NCBI GenBank assembly: GCA_964291295.2
Contig: OZ219754.1
Coordinates: forward strand, 224,001-288,000
Reading direction: 5' to 3'
DNA length: 64,000 bases
From: an uncultured Candidatus Binatia bacterium
GTDB taxonomy: Bacteria > Desulfobacterota > Binatia > UBA9968 > JAJDTQ01
Shown piece after piece: positions 32,373 to 44,375 of the stretch. The translations under genes were made by a program, and so were the position numbers. Under the pieces are notes generated by a model. It saw only the letters and a program-made list of their open reading frames with translations. It was not told where the DNA came from and ran no database searches. How positions within the stretch are numbered: position 1 is the first letter of the stretch; every line of letters begins with the position of its first letter.

Positions 32373-33455
32373 TCAGAAGCACCGCGCCTTGTCGATCCAG
32401 CCGCCGCCCAGGACCTGATCGTCACGGTAGAACACGGCGGCCTGCCCCGGGCTCACCGACGCCAGCGGTTCGTCCGGGCGCACGGCCACGCCGTCGCCGT
32501 CCAGCGGCCTCAACGTGCACGAGACCGGTTGCGAGCGGTAACGCACCTGAACCTCGGCGGCGGTCTCTTCGGTCGGCGGGGCGGCGAGCCAGTTCAGGCC
32601 GCTGGCGGTGAAGGACGGCGTGCGCAGTGCTTCGCGCGGGCCCACCACCACCCGTCTCCGTTCCGCGTCGATGTGCAGCACGTACAACGGCCGCGGCGCC
32701 GCGATGCCCAGGCCCCTTCGCTGCCCCACGGTGAACCGGTGCACCCCCTGGTGATGCCCCAGGACATTCCCGCGGCTGTCCACCACCTCTCCGGAACCGG
32801 GCTGGCCAGACCCGGCCAGGGACGCCACCACGGTGCGGTAGTCTCCGAGACAGATGTCCTGGCTCTCCGGCCGTTCGGCCACCGGAAGCCCCATCGTCCG
32901 TGCCTTGGCGCGCACCGCGTCCTTGCGCAGATCACCCAAGGGAAACACGATGTGCGCGAGCTGGCGCGCGGAGAGCGCGAAGAGAAAGTACGACTGGTCC
33001 TTGCGGCGATCCGTCCCGCGCAGCAGCAGGGCTTCGCCGCACCGGTGCCGGGTGCGGGCGTAGTGGCCCGTGGCCACCCGGGAAATTCCCCGGGCCTCGG
33101 CCCACTCCAACAGCTTCTCGATCTTGAATCGGCGATTGCAGGCCACGCACGGATTGGGCGTGACGCCGGCCCGGTAACCCTGCGCGAACGGCGTCACCAC
33201 GGCCTTCCGGAAGTCGTCCCGCTGGTCCAGCACCGTGTGCGGAATGCCCAGCAGGGCCGCCACCTCTGCCGCTCCCCGATGATCCGAGCAGTTGCGCGGT
33301 CCCGGGTCGCCGCCCTCCCACAGGCGCAACGACACACCCACCACATCGTACCCCTGCTCCAACAGGAGACCGGCCGCCACCGAGCTGTCCACGCCCCCGC
33401 TCATGGCCACCGCCACTGTTCTCCGCACCGCTGTTCTCCGCGCCGCTGATTCCAC
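32373..33455 (-). CDS. mnmA: tRNA 2-thiouridylase
   Basis: AMSGGVDSS, TPNPCVACN, ATGHY, KDQSYFL, ESQDIC and PGQAAVFY. GTG start inferred. Confidence 0.95.
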   Translation of the reverse strand: MESAARRTAVRRTVAVAMSGGVDSSVAAGLLLEQGYDVVGVSLRLWEGGDPGPRNCSDHRGAAEVAALLGIPHTVLDQRDDFRKAVVTPFAQGYRAGVTPNPCVACNRRFKIEKLLEWAEARGISRVATGHYARTRHRCGEALLLRGTDRRKDQSYFLFALSARQLAHIVFPLGDLRKDAVRAKARTMGLPVAERPESQDICLGDYRTVVASLAGSGQPGSGEVVDSRGNVLGHHQGVHRFTVGQRRGLGIAAPRPLYVLHIDAERRRVVVGPREALRTPSFTASGLNWLAAPPTEETAAEVQVRYRSQPVSCTLRPLDGDGVAVRPDEPLASVSPGQAAVFYRDDQVLGGGWIDKARCF

Positions 33456-33491
33456 CGTGCTTTCCGCGTGTCCGGGTCGCCCGCCCCTCCC

Positions 33492-33516
33492 GGATTCCCG
33501 CCTGCGCGGGAATGAC
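33492..33516. repeat. REP/dRS3-like palindrome
   Basis: GGATTCCCGCCTGCGCGGGAATGAC contains ATTCCC-N8-GGGAAT; intergenic between cysE and mnmA. Confidence 0.65.
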
Positions 33517-33535
33517 GGATTCGGGGTCGGGTTCG

Positions 33536-34249
33536 TCAATGCCGGGTTCCCGTACCGGCGGGTCTCCTCGACCGCTGCCGCGCCTCCAGGCTGCCCTGCT
33601 TGACGTCGAGCTCGTTCACCCGCTTCTCCAGCCTCCGGATGTACTCCGCCAGACTGTCGAGAGACTTGGCCATGGGGTCGGGCAGCCGGTCGTGATCGAG
33701 GGGGATGGGGTGCTCGACCGGATCCCGCCGCACGCCGTGCCCTTCGACCACCTTTCCCGGCACACCCACCACAGTGGCATTCTCCGGCACGTCCCGCACC
33801 ACCACCGACCCGGAGCCGATCCTGCTGTTGCGCCCCACCACCACCGGACCCAGCACGGCGGCGCCGGCGCCGATGACGACGCCGTCCTCCACCGTGGGAT
33901 GGCGCTTCTCCCGGCGCAGATTGACGCCGCCCAGGGTCACGCCCTGGAACAGGGTCACATCGTCGCCGACCTCCGCGGTCTCGCCGATGACCACCCCCAT
34001 GCCGTGATCGATGAAGAACCGGCGCCCCACCGCGGCGCCGGGATGGATTTCGACGCCCGTGAGAAAGCGGCTCAGTTGACCCAACAGCCGCGCCGGATTC
34101 CTCCAGCCGGCGCGCCACATCCGGTGGGCGAGGCGGTGGAGCAGCAGCGCGTGTACCCCCGGATAGCAGAACAGGACCTCGAACCGGTTGCGCGCCGCGG
34201 GATCCCGCTCGAAGGCCACCCGGGCGTCCTCTTTCAGAATGCTCCACAT
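33536..34249 (-). CDS. cysE: Serine O-acetyltransferase
   Basis: [24 protein letters not shown] and KRHPT. Confidence 0.95.
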   Translation of the reverse strand: MWSILKEDARVAFERDPAARNRFEVLFCYPGVHALLLHRLAHRMWRAGWRNPARLLGQLSRFLTGVEIHPGAAVGRRFFIDHGMGVVIGETAEVGDDVTLFQGVTLGGVNLRREKRHPTVEDGVVIGAGAAVLGPVVVGRNSRIGSGSVVVRDVPENATVVGVPGKVVEGHGVRRDPVEHPIPLDHDRLPDPMAKSLDSLAEYIRRLEKRVNELDVKQGSLEARQRSRRPAGTGTRH

Positions 34250-34290
34250 GGGCGGCTCGCAGGCGGAGAAGACGCGGACGGGTGGCTCCG

Positions 34291-35919
34291 TCAGTGCGCG
34301 GGCGCCGCCGCCGGCGACTTGCCGGCGTGGGTCTTGCCGCCGTGGCCCTTCCTCTTCCTGTCCTTGTAGAGCTTGTAGTCGATGCTGTCCACGAGCGCCT
34401 GCCAGCTCGCCTCGATGACGTTCTGGGACACCCCCACCGTGCCCCACTGGCTGCGGCCGTCGCCCGACTCGATGAGCACCCGCACGGTGGCGCCGGTGCC
34501 CTCCCCGGACGACAGCACCCGCACCTTGTAGTCCAGCAACTCCACCTCTTCCAGCGACGGGAAGAACCCGGTCAGCGCCTTGCGCAGAGCCCTGTCCAGC
34601 GCATGCACGGGGCCGCTGCCCAAGGCCGCCGCATGCTCCATCACCCCGTTTACCTCCACCTTGACGGTGGCCTCCGAGAGCGGCGGCTCGTTCTCGACCC
34701 GCTTCTCGTCGATGACCCGGAATCCGTCCAGGCGGAAATTGCGCTTCTTCCTTCCCAGCGCTTCCTGGATCAGCAACTCGAAGGAGGCCTCGGCGGCCTC
34801 GAACTCGTAGCCCTGGCTCTCCAGCTCCTTGATCCGATTGAGAATCTGATGCACCGCCTGGTCCTGGCCGTGCAGGTCGATGTCGTATTCCCGCGCCTTG
34901 TAGACGATGTTGCTGCGGCCGGACAGGTCGGAAACCAGCACCCGCTGGCGGCTTCCCACCAGCTCGGGCTCAATGTGCTCGTAGGTCTCGCGATTCTTGA
35001 TGATGCCCGAGACGTGGAGCCCGCCCTTGTGAGCGAAGGCGCTGTCGCCCACATAGGCCTGCCGCTTGCTGGGCATGACGTTGGCGAGTTCGTACACGAG
35101 ATGCGAGATCTCCCGGAGCTTGCGCAACTGCGACGGACGCACGCACTTGTAGCCCTGCTTCAACTGCAGGTTGGGCAGCACCGAGCACAGGTTCAGATTG
35201 CCGCAACGCTCTCCGAAACCGTTGATGGTGCCCTGGACCTGGCGTACGCCGTTTTCCACCGCCACCAAGGTGTTGGCCACGGCCAGTTCGCAGTCGTTGT
35301 GGCAATGGACCCCCAGCGGCACCGTGACCGTCGCCTTGGCGCGCACCACCGCGGCGCCGACATCGGCGGGCATGCCGCCGCCGTTGGTGTCGCACAGGAC
35401 GATCCAGTCGGCGCCGCCGGCCGCTGCCGCCCGGAGACACTCCAACGCGAACTCCGGGTTGCTGCGGTAGCCGTCGAAGAAATGCTCGGCGTCGAACATC
35501 ACTTCGTCCACGCGCGACTTCATGAAAGCGATGGAATCGGCGATGACCTCCAGGTTGGCCTTTTTGCTGATGCGCAGGTCGTCGCGCACGTGCAGATCCC
35601 AGGTCTTGCCCACCAGCGTGACCACCGGGGTCGCGGCCGCCAGCAGGAGTTTCAGGCTGGCATCCTGGGCCGGCTTCACCGACGGCCGGCGTGTGGTGCC
35701 GAAAGCCGCCACCCGGGTCTTCCGGAGATCCCGGTTGCGGATCTCCTTGAAAAACTCGGCGTCGCGGGGATTGGAGCCGGGGTAGCCGCCTTCAACGTAG
35801 TGAATCCCCAAGTCCGCCAGCCTCTCGGCGACACGCAGCTTGTCCTTCAGGCTGAAGGAGACGTCCTCGCTCTGGCACCCGTCCCGCAAGGTCGTGTCGT
35901 ACAGCAACAGATCACTCAT
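34291..35919 (-). CDS. cimA: Citramalate synthase
   Basis: [30 protein letters not shown] and AFAHKGGLH. Confidence 0.92.
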   Translation of the reverse strand: MSDLLLYDTTLRDGCQSEDVSFSLKDKLRVAERLADLGIHYVEGGYPGSNPRDAEFFKEIRNRDLRKTRVAAFGTTRRPSVKPAQDASLKLLLAAATPVVTLVGKTWDLHVRDDLRISKKANLEVIADSIAFMKSRVDEVMFDAEHFFDGYRSNPEFALECLRAAAAGGADWIVLCDTNGGGMPADVGAAVVRAKATVTVPLGVHCHNDCELAVANTLVAVENGVRQVQGTINGFGERCGNLNLCSVLPNLQLKQGYKCVRPSQLRKLREISHLVYELANVMPSKRQAYVGDSAFAHKGGLHVSGIIKNRETYEHIEPELVGSRQRVLVSDLSGRSNIVYKAREYDIDLHGQDQAVHQILNRIKELESQGYEFEAAEASFELLIQEALGRKKRNFRLDGFRVIDEKRVENEPPLSEATVKVEVNGVMEHAAALGSGPVHALDRALRKALTGFFPSLEEVELLDYKVRVLSSGEGTGATVRVLIESGDGRSQWGTVGVSQNVIEASWQALVDSIDYKLYKDRKRKGHGGKTHAGKSPAAAPAH

Positions 35920-35923
35920 GCGC

Positions 35924-37153
35924 TCACCTGCCTTCGATCAGAGAAGCGTGCAGCGAATCGACGGCCCGATGGCTGTCCTTCTCGTCGATCACCACCGATA
36001 TCTTGATCTCGGAGGTCGAGATCATCTCGATATTGATGGACTGCTCCGCCAGGGTCTGGAACATCTTGGCCGCTATGCCCGCGTGCGTCCTCACGCCGAC
36101 GCCCACCACCGACACCTTGGCGACACGGGTATCGGAGGCGACCCCTTCAGCTTGAATCAAGGGGGCGGTTTTTTCAATCAGTTCCATGGCCTTTCCGTGG
36201 TCCTTCCTGGGCACCGTGAAGGTGACGTCGGTGCTGACGTCGGTACCGCCGCCAGCGCTGGCGTTCTGAATGATCATGTCCACCACGATATGGGCCTCCG
36301 CGATGGGACCGAAGATCTGGGCGGCGAGTCCGGGGCGGTCGGGCACGCCGCGGAGGGTGATCTTGGCTTCGTCGTTGTCGCAAGTCACTGCCGAAACCAG
36401 AACCGAATCCATTTGCTGTTCCTCCTCCTGGACCAGCCAGGTGCCCTCGACGTCGTTGAAGCTCGAACGCAGGTGCACCCTGACGCCGAACTTCTTCGCC
36501 AGTTCCACCGAGCGGATCTGCAGCACCCGGGCTCCCAGGCTGGCCATTTCCAGCATTTCATCGCAGGTGATCCGGTCGAGTTTCCTGGCCCTGGGGCACA
36601 CGACGGGATCGGCCGTGTAGATCCCGTCCACGTCGGTGTAGATCTCGCACACCGAGGCGCCCAGAGCGGCGGCCATGGCCACGGCGCTGGTGTCCGATCC
36701 GCCGCGGCCCAGGGTGGTGATGTTGTCGCGCTCATCGACCCCCTGAAAGCCCGCCACCACCACCACCTCGCCGCGCTTGAGCGACTCCAGCACGCGGGAG
36801 GAGTCGATGCTCTTGATGCGCGCCCGGCCGAACACGCTGTCGGTGGCGATGCGCACCTGATGGCCGAGGAACGAGCGCGCCGCCTGGCCCTGGTCCTTGA
36901 GCGCCAGCGCCAGCAGGGCGCAGGAGACCTGCTCCCCGGACGCCAGCAGCACGTCGATCTCCCGATCGTCCACGTGAGACGACACCTGCCGGGCCAGATT
37001 CAGGAGCCGGTTGGTCTCGCCGGACATGGCCGACACCACCACCACCACGTCGTTCCCCCGCCGGCGGGCGGCCGCCACGCGGTTCGCGACGTTGTGGATG
37101 CGCTCCACCATGCCGACGGACGTGCCGCCGTATTTCTGTACGATCAGTGCCAT
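35924..37153 (-). CDS. lysC: Aspartate kinase
   Basis: QKYGGTSVG, TLGRGGSD and ACT domains with MISTSEIK. Confidence 0.96.
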   Translation of the reverse strand: MALIVQKYGGTSVGMVERIHNVANRVAAARRRGNDVVVVVSAMSGETNRLLNLARQVSSHVDDREIDVLLASGEQVSCALLALALKDQGQAARSFLGHQVRIATDSVFGRARIKSIDSSRVLESLKRGEVVVVAGFQGVDERDNITTLGRGGSDTSAVAMAAALGASVCEIYTDVDGIYTADPVVCPRARKLDRITCDEMLEMASLGARVLQIRSVELAKKFGVRVHLRSSFNDVEGTWLVQEEEQQMDSVLVSAVTCDNDEAKITLRGVPDRPGLAAQIFGPIAEAHIVVDMIIQNASAGGGTDVSTDVTFTVPRKDHGKAMELIEKTAPLIQAEGVASDTRVAKVSVVGVGVRTHAGIAAKMFQTLAEQSINIEMISTSEIKISVVIDEKDSHRAVDSLHASLIEGR

Positions 37154-37208
37154 GCCCGAAGATCCCGCGCGGAATACCGGGGCGCGGGCCGCAACCCGCC
37201 CCTGCAGG

Positions 37209-37712
37209 TCACCTTGCGCCGCCGCTCAATCCCGCGCCCGCCTCCCTCAACCGCGCCACCATCTCCCGATAGCGCGGGCCGTGGGCCAAGAAACGCAGCT
37301 CACGCCGCGACTCGTCCACGTAGCGGAACGCGACGCCCAGAAACTCGACGACCCCCACCGCGTCCAGGCGCTCGAACCACTCGATCACGCAGACGTTGCC
37401 GGACGCGAAGTACTCCTCCAGATGAAGCTCCTCCATCTCGGCTCCCCGGGCCACGCGGAACAGGTCCACGTGGACCAGCGGAAGGCGGCCCTGGTACTCG
37501 TTGATGAGCGTGAAGGTCGGGCTCCGGACCCAACTGTTGCCGCCCACCCCGAGCCCTTCGGCCAGACCGTGCACGAAGCAGGTCTTGCCGCTCCCGAGAT
37601 CGCCGGAAAGACCCAGGATCTCGCCGCCCCCCAGCAGTGCGGCCAGCGCGCGCCCCAGCGCCCGGGTGTCTTCGGGCGAGCCGGTGGTGACCGGGTAGCC
37701 GTGGGTCGTCAA
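37209..37712 (-). CDS. tsaE: t6A biosynthesis ATPase TsaE
   Basis: GDLGSGKT, SPTFTL, HVDLFR and IEW. TTG start overlaps the nnr stop. Confidence 0.92.
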   Translation of the reverse strand: MTTHGYPVTTGSPEDTRALGRALAALLGGGEILGLSGDLGSGKTCFVHGLAEGLGVGGNSWVRSPTFTLINEYQGRLPLVHVDLFRVARGAEMEELHLEEYFASGNVCVIEWFERLDAVGVVEFLGVAFRYVDESRRELRFLAHGPRYREMVARLREAGAGLSGGAR

Positions 37713-39277
37713 ATCCGTATCCCCTCCCTGGCCCGCGCCAGTTCCTTGATGGCCCGCGGCAGTTCGTCCACCAGATCCGAGGCGATGAGGCCGGCGCCGC
37801 CGAGGTCGGCCGCCACCCGGTCGCCGGTATGGCCATGAAGGTACACGCCCAGGCGCACGGCCTCCTCCGGTGGCAGGCCCTGGGCCAGGAACCCGGCAAC
37901 GATACCGGCGAGGATGTCGCCCATGCCGCCGCTGGCCATGCCGGAATTGCCGGTGGGGTTGATGGAGACCTGCCCCGCCGGCGTGGCCATCACCGTCCGC
38001 GCACCCTTGAGGACCACGTGGCAACGGTGGTCCGCGGCAAAGGCCCGCGCCACGCCGATACGGTCGCCGTTGACCTCCGCCGTACCCAGACCCGTCAGGC
38101 GGCTCATCTCCCCGGGGTGCGGCGTCAGCACCGGCGGCACCCGCGCCCCCCGCAGCCGGCTCACGTCCTCCGCCAGGCTGTTGAGCCCGTCGGCATCGAT
38201 GAGCCACGGCAGGCGGCAGTGCTCCAGCAGCGTCTCCAGCGTCTTCCCGGCGCAAGCGTGTACACCCACGCCGGGACCGTAGAGCAGCGCGCTCTTGCGC
38301 TCCGCCAGGCTCTCCCAGTCGGCGGCGCGCAACGCCGGCCACTGGTCCTCGCCCGGCTGGCCCAGCGGCTCGGTCATGGGCTCCACCAGAGCCCCGGCCA
38401 GGATCTCGTCGAGTCCGCGGGGAGCCGCCAGGGTCACCAGTCCCGTGCCCACGCGCATGGCCGCGCGGCAGCCCAGCACCGCGGCGCCGGTCTTGCCCCG
38501 TGACCCGGCCATCACCAGCAGATGGCCGAAGCTGCCCTTGTGCGAATCGTCCGCCCGCCTCGGCAGGAGCCGCGCCGCGCCGGCCGTGTCCAGCAGATCC
38601 ACCGACGGCTTCACCTCGGCCACCGCCCGGGGATCGATGCCGATGTCCGCCACCACCAGTTCGCCGCTGTAGGCGACGCCGGGGTAGACCACCTGTCCGG
38701 TCTTGGGAAAACCCAGGGTCACCGTCAGCCGGGCCCGGACCGCGGCGCCCAAGGGCGTGCCGCGGTCGGCGTCCAGCCCTGACGGCGTGTCCACCGCTAT
38801 GACGGGAACGTCCGAGGCGTTCATGAGATCCACCACGTCCGCCAGAAAACCCTCCACGGGGCTGCGCAACCCGGTCCCCAGCAGCGCGTCCACCAGGACC
38901 CCCTTGCCCTTGATGCAGCCGCGCAGGACTTCGATGCCCCCGGCCGGAATCTCCGTGAGCCGCCCCCCCAGGGAACGATAGCGCCGGAGATTGGTGGCGG
39001 CATCCGGTGACAGTTCGTCCGGCCGGGCGACGCTGGCCACCTCGCACGGGAACCCCCGGTCGTGCAGCAACCGCGCGATCACCAGACCGTCGCCGCCGTT
39101 GTTGCCCTTGCCCGCCACCACCAGAACGCCGCGCTTCGCCCGACGGCCCCAGCGCTCGAGAAGCACAGCCACCACGCCCTGCCCCGCGCGCTCCATGAGT
39201 TCCAGGCTCGGAACACCGTGGGTGTGGATGGTGAGATGGTCCAGGCGGCGCATCTCCGCGGCGGTGACGACCCGCAT
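37709..39277 (-). CDS. nnr: Bifunctional NAD(P)H-hydrate epimerase/dehydratase
   Basis: LMERAG, GKGNNGGDG, DALLGTG, HKGSFG, TPHPGE and GGMGD. Confidence 0.94.
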   Translation of the reverse strand: MRVVTAAEMRRLDHLTIHTHGVPSLELMERAGQGVVAVLLERWGRRAKRGVLVVAGKGNNGGDGLVIARLLHDRGFPCEVASVARPDELSPDAATNLRRYRSLGGRLTEIPAGGIEVLRGCIKGKGVLVDALLGTGLRSPVEGFLADVVDLMNASDVPVIAVDTPSGLDADRGTPLGAAVRARLTVTLGFPKTGQVVYPGVAYSGELVVADIGIDPRAVAEVKPSVDLLDTAGAARLLPRRADDSHKGSFGHLLVMAGSRGKTGAAVLGCRAAMRVGTGLVTLAAPRGLDEILAGALVEPMTEPLGQPGEDQWPALRAADWESLAERKSALLYGPGVGVHACAGKTLETLLEHCRLPWLIDADGLNSLAEDVSRLRGARVPPVLTPHPGEMSRLTGLGTAEVNGDRIGVARAFAADHRCHVVLKGARTVMATPAGQVSINPTGNSGMASGGMGDILAGIVAGFLAQGLPPEEAVRLGVYLHGHTGDRVAADLGGAGLIASDLVDELPRAIKELARAREGIRI

Positions 39278-39281
39278 GGGG

Positions 39282-40013
39282 TTACCGGCCGGCCGGCTCC
39301 GCGGCGGCAATGAGGGCCTTGATTTCACGGACCGCCCGGGCCATCCCCACCATGATGGAGCGGGCGACGATGCTGTGCCCGATGTTGAGTTCGACGATCT
39401 CTCCGATGGCGGCGATGGGGGCGACGTTCGCGGCGTTGAGGCCGTGGCCGCCGTGAACCTCCAGTCCGAGGGCGGCGGCGGCCGCCGCCGCCTGCCGCAC
39501 GGCCGCGAGCTCCTCGTCCACCCGCGGGCCGCTGGCGTTGGCATAGGTTCCGGTGTGAATCTCCACCGCGGCGGCGCCCGTCTCCCGGCTGGCTTCGAGC
39601 TGCCGCGGGTCGGGGTCCACGAACAGGCTCACCTGAATCCCCGCGTCCCGCAGGCGGGCCACCACCTCCGCGAGCAAGCCGCCGTGGGCGGCGACGTCGA
39701 GCCCGCCCTCGGTGGTCAACTCCTCACGCCGCTCGGGCACCAGGCAGGCGTGGTCCGGCCTGAGAGTCAGGGCGTGGCGGGCCATTTCCGGGGTTCCCGC
39801 CATTTCCAGGTTGAGCCGCGCGGTCAGCCGGCGCCGCAGCCGGGCGACGTCCCGCTCCTGGATGTGCCGGCGGTCTTCGCGCAAATGCACCGTAATCAGG
39901 TCGGCGCCGGCCTGTTCGGCCAGCAGCGCCGCCTCCACCGGATCCGGGACGTCGATGCGGCGCGCCTGGCGCACGGTCGCCACATGGTCCACGTTGACAC
40001 CCAGGCGCGTCAC
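39282..40013 (-). CDS. pdxJ: Pyridoxine 5'-phosphate synthase
   Basis: [24 protein letters not shown] and ELNIGH. Confidence 0.97.
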   Translation of the reverse strand: MTRLGVNVDHVATVRQARRIDVPDPVEAALLAEQAGADLITVHLREDRRHIQERDVARLRRRLTARLNLEMAGTPEMARHALTLRPDHACLVPERREELTTEGGLDVAAHGGLLAEVVARLRDAGIQVSLFVDPDPRQLEASRETGAAAVEIHTGTYANASGPRVDEELAAVRQAAAAAAALGLEVHGGHGLNAANVAPIAAIGEIVELNIGHSIVARSIMVGMARAVREIKALIAAAEPAGR

Positions 40014-41434
40014 GCCGGTGCCCCCAGATCGGACTCGATGGCGTCGGCGATGCCTTGTGCCAGGCGCCGTATCTCGTCCTCCGCCTCCCCTTCGAGCATC
40101 ACCCGGGCCAGCGGCTCGGTGCCGGAATAGCGCACCAGCACCCGGCCCCGCCCGTCCAGCAGGTGCTCGCTCTCGGTGATGCGCGCCTGCACCCGGGCGA
40201 GTTCGGAGAACGGGCGCTTGTCGCGCACCGGCACGTTGACGATGACCTGCGGCAACTTGCCCATGATGCGGCGCAGCTCGCCCAGGGGCTTCTCCCGCTC
40301 GGTCATGAGGGCCAGCACCTGCAACGCGGTAAGGCAGCCGTCGCCCGTGGTGTTGTGGTCCAGGAACACCACATGCCCGGACTGCTCGCCGCCGAGGTTG
40401 TGGCCGCCGCGGCGCATGGCCTCCACCACGCAGCGGTCGCCGATGGCGGTGCGCACGACGCCGATGCCGTGTGCGCGCAGGGCCAGGTCGAGCCCCATGT
40501 TGCTCATCACCGTGGCCACCACGGCGCCGGTGGGCAGCCGCCCGGCGCGGTTCATCTCAACGGCGCACAGAGCCAGAACCTCGTCGCCGTCCACCAGTTC
40601 GCCCTTCTCGTCGATGAAGAGCGCCCGGTCGGCATCGCCGTCCAGGCACACCGCCAGATCCGCGCCGTGCTCCCGAAGCGCCGCCCGGGCCTTCTCCGGA
40701 TGCACCGAGCCGCAGTCCTGGTTGATGTTGGTGCCGTCGGGTTCCACCGCCACCGGCACGACCTCGGCGCCCAACTCCCTCAGAACCTCCGGCACCACGC
40801 GGTAGCCGGCGCCGTTGGCGCAGTCCACGACAACCTTCAGACCCTCCAGGGTCAGGTGCTCCGGAAAGGTGTTCTTGAGAAAGTCGACGGTCCGCCCCAT
40901 GGCGTCGGCAATGCGGTACGCCTTGCCGATCTCCGCCGCCGCCGGGCGCCGGGCGGTGTCGTCCGGACCCCGGACCATCGCCTCCATGCGCCGCTCCCAT
41001 TGGTCGGGGAGCTTGAAGCCGTCGCTGGAGAAGAACTTGATGCCGTTGTCCTGGTAGGCGTTGTGCGACGCCGAAATCACCACCCCCGCGTCCGCCCGCA
41101 TGCTCCGGGTGAGAAACGCCACCCCCGGCGTGGGCAACGGCCCCACCAGCAGCACATCCGCCCCCATGGAGCAGATCCCCGACGCCAGCGCGGTCTCGAA
41201 CATGTAGCCGGAAAGACGGGTATCCTTGCCGACCAGGATCCGCCGCCGGTGCCGGCGCTTTCGTCCGAGGGCACCCGGAGAGGGCTTGTCGTCGGCCACC
41301 ACGCGGGCGATGGCCCGGCCCAGCTTCAACGAGATTTCCGAAGTCATCGGATCCTCGTTGGCCACGCCGCGAATGCCGTCGGTGCCGAACAGCCGGCCCG
41401 CACCCGGTATGGTTGGCGATCTGTCCGAGGTCAT
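40010..41434 (-). CDS. glmM: Phosphoglucosamine mutase
   Basis: [27 protein letters not shown] and RYSGTEP. Confidence 0.96.
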   Translation of the reverse strand: MTSDRSPTIPGAGRLFGTDGIRGVANEDPMTSEISLKLGRAIARVVADDKPSPGALGRKRRHRRRILVGKDTRLSGYMFETALASGICSMGADVLLVGPLPTPGVAFLTRSMRADAGVVISASHNAYQDNGIKFFSSDGFKLPDQWERRMEAMVRGPDDTARRPAAAEIGKAYRIADAMGRTVDFLKNTFPEHLTLEGLKVVVDCANGAGYRVVPEVLRELGAEVVPVAVEPDGTNINQDCGSVHPEKARAALREHGADLAVCLDGDADRALFIDEKGELVDGDEVLALCAVEMNRAGRLPTGAVVATVMSNMGLDLALRAHGIGVVRTAIGDRCVVEAMRRGGHNLGGEQSGHVVFLDHNTTGDGCLTALQVLALMTEREKPLGELRRIMGKLPQVIVNVPVRDKRPFSELARVQARITESEHLLDGRGRVLVRYSGTEPLARVMLEGEAEDEIRRLAQGIADAIESDLGAPA

Positions 41435-41451
41435 GGCTCCCTTCCGGAGAA

Positions 41452-42345
41452 TCAGCGGACGCGGTCCGCGACGCGCACGGCCTGGCAGGTCTCCCACACG
41501 TCGTGTGCCCGGACGATGTCGGCTCCGGCCAGGACCGCCGCGGTGGCGGCGGCAAGGCTTCCCGCCAGCCGGCCCGCCGGTGCCGGCGCCGACCCGGCCG
41601 ACGCTTCCAGACGTCCCAGAAACGACTTGCGGGACAACCCCGCCAGCACCGGCCGCCCCAGGGACCGGAACGACCCAAGGTGCCGCAGCAACGCCAGGTT
41701 GTGCTCCAGGCTCTTGCCGAAGCCGATGCCCGGATCCACCACGATCCGGTCGCGGGCGACCCCCTTGCCGGCCGCGTGGGCGACGCGTTCCGCGAGAAAT
41801 TCGGCGACCTCGCGCACGACGTCGTCGTAGCGGGGCGCGCGCTGCATGGTCCGGGGGCGGCCGCGCATGTGCATGAGCACCACCGGAACGTTCTCGCGCG
41901 CCACCAGACCCGCCATGTCGGGGTCGAACCGCAGGGCGCTGATGTCATTGACCATGTCGGCGCCCGCGTCCAGAGCCCCCCGGGCCACCTCCGCCTTGTA
42001 GGTGTCGATGCTGATGGGCGCCGCGATCCGCCGCCGCAGTTGGCGGATCACCGGGATCACCCGCGCGCGCTCCTCGGCCGCCGACACCGCGGCAGCGCCC
42101 GGGCGGGTCGATTCTCCGCCCACGTCCACGATACTCGCGCCCTGGCGCACCATCTCCACGCCCCTGGCGACCGCGGACTCGATATCGGGATACCGGCCGC
42201 CGTCGGAAAAGGAATCCGGGGTGACGTTGAGGATGCCCATGACCGCCGCACCGCCACGCATGTCCACCCGCCCGTGGCGGGTCACCAGCACCGGGCCGGA
42301 GTCTCGGGACGATGACGGCTCGGGCCGGTTCCGCTTGGTACGCAT
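41452..42345 (-). CDS. folP: Dihydropteroate synthase
   Basis: MGILNVTPDSFSDGG, GGESTRPG, DPGIGFGK and SRKSF. Confidence 0.96.
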   Translation of the reverse strand: MRTKRNRPEPSSSRDSGPVLVTRHGRVDMRGGAAVMGILNVTPDSFSDGGRYPDIESAVARGVEMVRQGASIVDVGGESTRPGAAAVSAAEERARVIPVIRQLRRRIAAPISIDTYKAEVARGALDAGADMVNDISALRFDPDMAGLVARENVPVVLMHMRGRPRTMQRAPRYDDVVREVAEFLAERVAHAAGKGVARDRIVVDPGIGFGKSLEHNLALLRHLGSFRSLGRPVLAGLSRKSFLGRLEASAGSAPAPAGRLAGSLAAATAAVLAGADIVRAHDVWETCQAVRVADRVR

Positions 42346-42399
42346 GTCACGGGTCACTCGCGACCGGGACGCCGCCGCACCGGGTGTGTCGCGGCCTCG

Positions 42400-44238
42400 T
42401 CAGGCGCTGGCGGGAAGAGGGGGCGTGGGCAGGTCGGGGCCGCTGTCTGCCATGTACTCCTTGACGATGACGTCGATCTCCGAGCCGTCCAGCACTTCCT
42501 TGTCCAGCAACTCCCTGGCGACCCGGTGCAGCAGTTCGATGTGCGAGGTCAGGATATCCCTGGCATGGTTGTAGCAGTCCTGGATGATGCGCCGGACCTC
42601 CCGGTCGATCTCCACCGCGGTGCTCTCGGAATAGTCCTGCTGCTGGGTGAAGTCCCGGCCGAGAAAGATCTGCTCTTCCTTCTTGCCGAAGGTCATGGGC
42701 CCGAGCTTCTCGCTCATGCCCCACTCGCAGACCATCCGGTGCGCAATCTCGGTGGCGCGTTCGATATCGTTGCCCGCACCCGTGGTCATGTGGTCGAGGA
42801 TCAACTCCTCCGCGACCCGCCCGCCGAACAGGATGGTCACGCTGTTCAGCAGATGCTGCTTGTCCTGGCTGTGCCGCTCGTCCACGGGAAGCTGCTGGGT
42901 CAGGCCCAGCGCCATCCCGCGCGGGATGATGGTCACCTTGTGGACCGGGTCCGCACCCGGCAGGAGCTTGGCCACCAGCGCATGGCCGGACTCGTGATAG
43001 GCGGTGTTCCGCTTCTCCTCGTCGCTGATGATCATGCTCTTGCGCTCGGTCCCCATCATGACCTTGTCCTTGGCCAGTTCAAAGTCGCTCATGTTGACCT
43101 TTTCCTTGCCGTTGCGCGCCGCCAACAGCGCCGCCTCGTTGACAAGGTTCTCAAGGTCCGCGCCGGCAAAGCCGGGGGTTCCCCGGGCCAGCACCCCGAT
43201 GTCCACGTCGTTCTCCAGCGGCACCCGCCGGCTGCGCACCGCCAGGATGCCTTCGCGCCCCTTGACGTCGGGCCGCGGCACCACCACCCGGCGGTCGAAG
43301 CGGCCCGGCCGCAACAGGGCCGGATCCAGGACGTCGGGCCGGTTGGTGGCGGCGATGAGAATCACGCCGTCGTTGGCCTCGAAGCCGTCCATCTCCACCA
43401 GCAACTGGTTCAAGGTCTGTTCCCGCTCGTCGTGCCCGCCGCCGAGCCCGGCGCCGCGCTGGCGTCCCACCGCATCGATCTCGTCCACGAAGACGATGCA
43501 CGGTGCCTGCTTCTTGGCCTGGACGAACAGGTCGCGCACCCGCGAGGCACCCACCCCCACGAACATCTCCACGAAATCCGAGCCGCTGATGCTGAAGAAC
43601 GGCACCCCCGCCTCACCCGCGATGGCCCGGGCCAGCAGGGTCTTGCCCGTGCCCGGAGGCCCCACCAGCAGGCAGCCCTTGGGGATCCGCCCGCCGAGGC
43701 GGGTGAACTTCTTGGGATCCTTGAGGAACGCGATGACTTCCTGAAGCTCGTCCTTGGCCTCGTCCACCCCGGCGACGTCGCTGAAGGTGACCCGCGCCTG
43801 GTTCTCGTTCAGCAGGCGCGCCCGGCTCTTGCCGAAGGACATGGCCTTGCCGCCCCCCACCTGCATCTGCCGCATGAAAAAGATCCACACGCCCACCAGC
43901 AACAGCATGGGGAACCAGTTCACCAGCAGCACGAAGTACCACGGGGAGTCGTCCTCGGGCTTGGCGGCGATGCGGATGTTCCTCTCCCGCAGCGTCTTCA
44001 CCAGATCCGGGTCGCCGGGCGCGAAGGTGCGAAAGCGCTCACCGCTCTGGTACTTGCCGTGAACGTGCTGTCCCTGAATCGTCACCTCCTGGACATCGCC
44101 TCGCTCCACCGCGGACCAGAAGTCGCTGAAGATGATCTCGGGTTCCCGCCCCTGCTGCCGGGTGAAAACGTTGAAGAGCAGCAGGAACATCAATCCCAGC
44201 ACAAGCCACAGGGCCAGGTTTTTCGTTGCCTGATTCAA
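42400..44238 (-). CDS. ftsH: ATP-dependent zinc metalloprotease FtsH
   Basis: Two TM helices, [15 protein letters not shown] and HESGH. Confidence 0.98.
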   Translation of the reverse strand: MNQATKNLALWLVLGLMFLLLFNVFTRQQGREPEIIFSDFWSAVERGDVQEVTIQGQHVHGKYQSGERFRTFAPGDPDLVKTLRERNIRIAAKPEDDSPWYFVLLVNWFPMLLLVGVWIFFMRQMQVGGGKAMSFGKSRARLLNENQARVTFSDVAGVDEAKDELQEVIAFLKDPKKFTRLGGRIPKGCLLVGPPGTGKTLLARAIAGEAGVPFFSISGSDFVEMFVGVGASRVRDLFVQAKKQAPCIVFVDEIDAVGRQRGAGLGGGHDEREQTLNQLLVEMDGFEANDGVILIAATNRPDVLDPALLRPGRFDRRVVVPRPDVKGREGILAVRSRRVPLENDVDIGVLARGTPGFAGADLENLVNEAALLAARNGKEKVNMSDFELAKDKVMMGTERKSMIISDEEKRNTAYHESGHALVAKLLPGADPVHKVTIIPRGMALGLTQQLPVDERHSQDKQHLLNSVTILFGGRVAEELILDHMTTGAGNDIERATEIAHRMVCEWGMSEKLGPMTFGKKEEQIFLGRDFTQQQDYSESTAVEIDREVRRIIQDCYNHARDILTSHIELLHRVARELLDKEVLDGSEIDVIVKEYMADSGPDLPTPPLPASA

Positions 44239-44375
44239 AGGGGGGTTCTCCGGACTTCTCTATCGCCGTCCCTTGAAAAGTTAACACACGGGGACGGGCA
44301 CTTCAACAAGAACGACAACCGGCCAGGTCGGCCGAGGGGGCTTTCGGAGTGCGGCCGAACGGCCCTTCGGGGCCG

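Noticed and set aside
32373-39544. Long ORF-track extensions of mnmA, cysE, tsaE and nnr suggesting fusions
   Set aside because: The extensions overlap real neighbouring genes in other frames; this is a high-GC stop-codon scarcity artefact.
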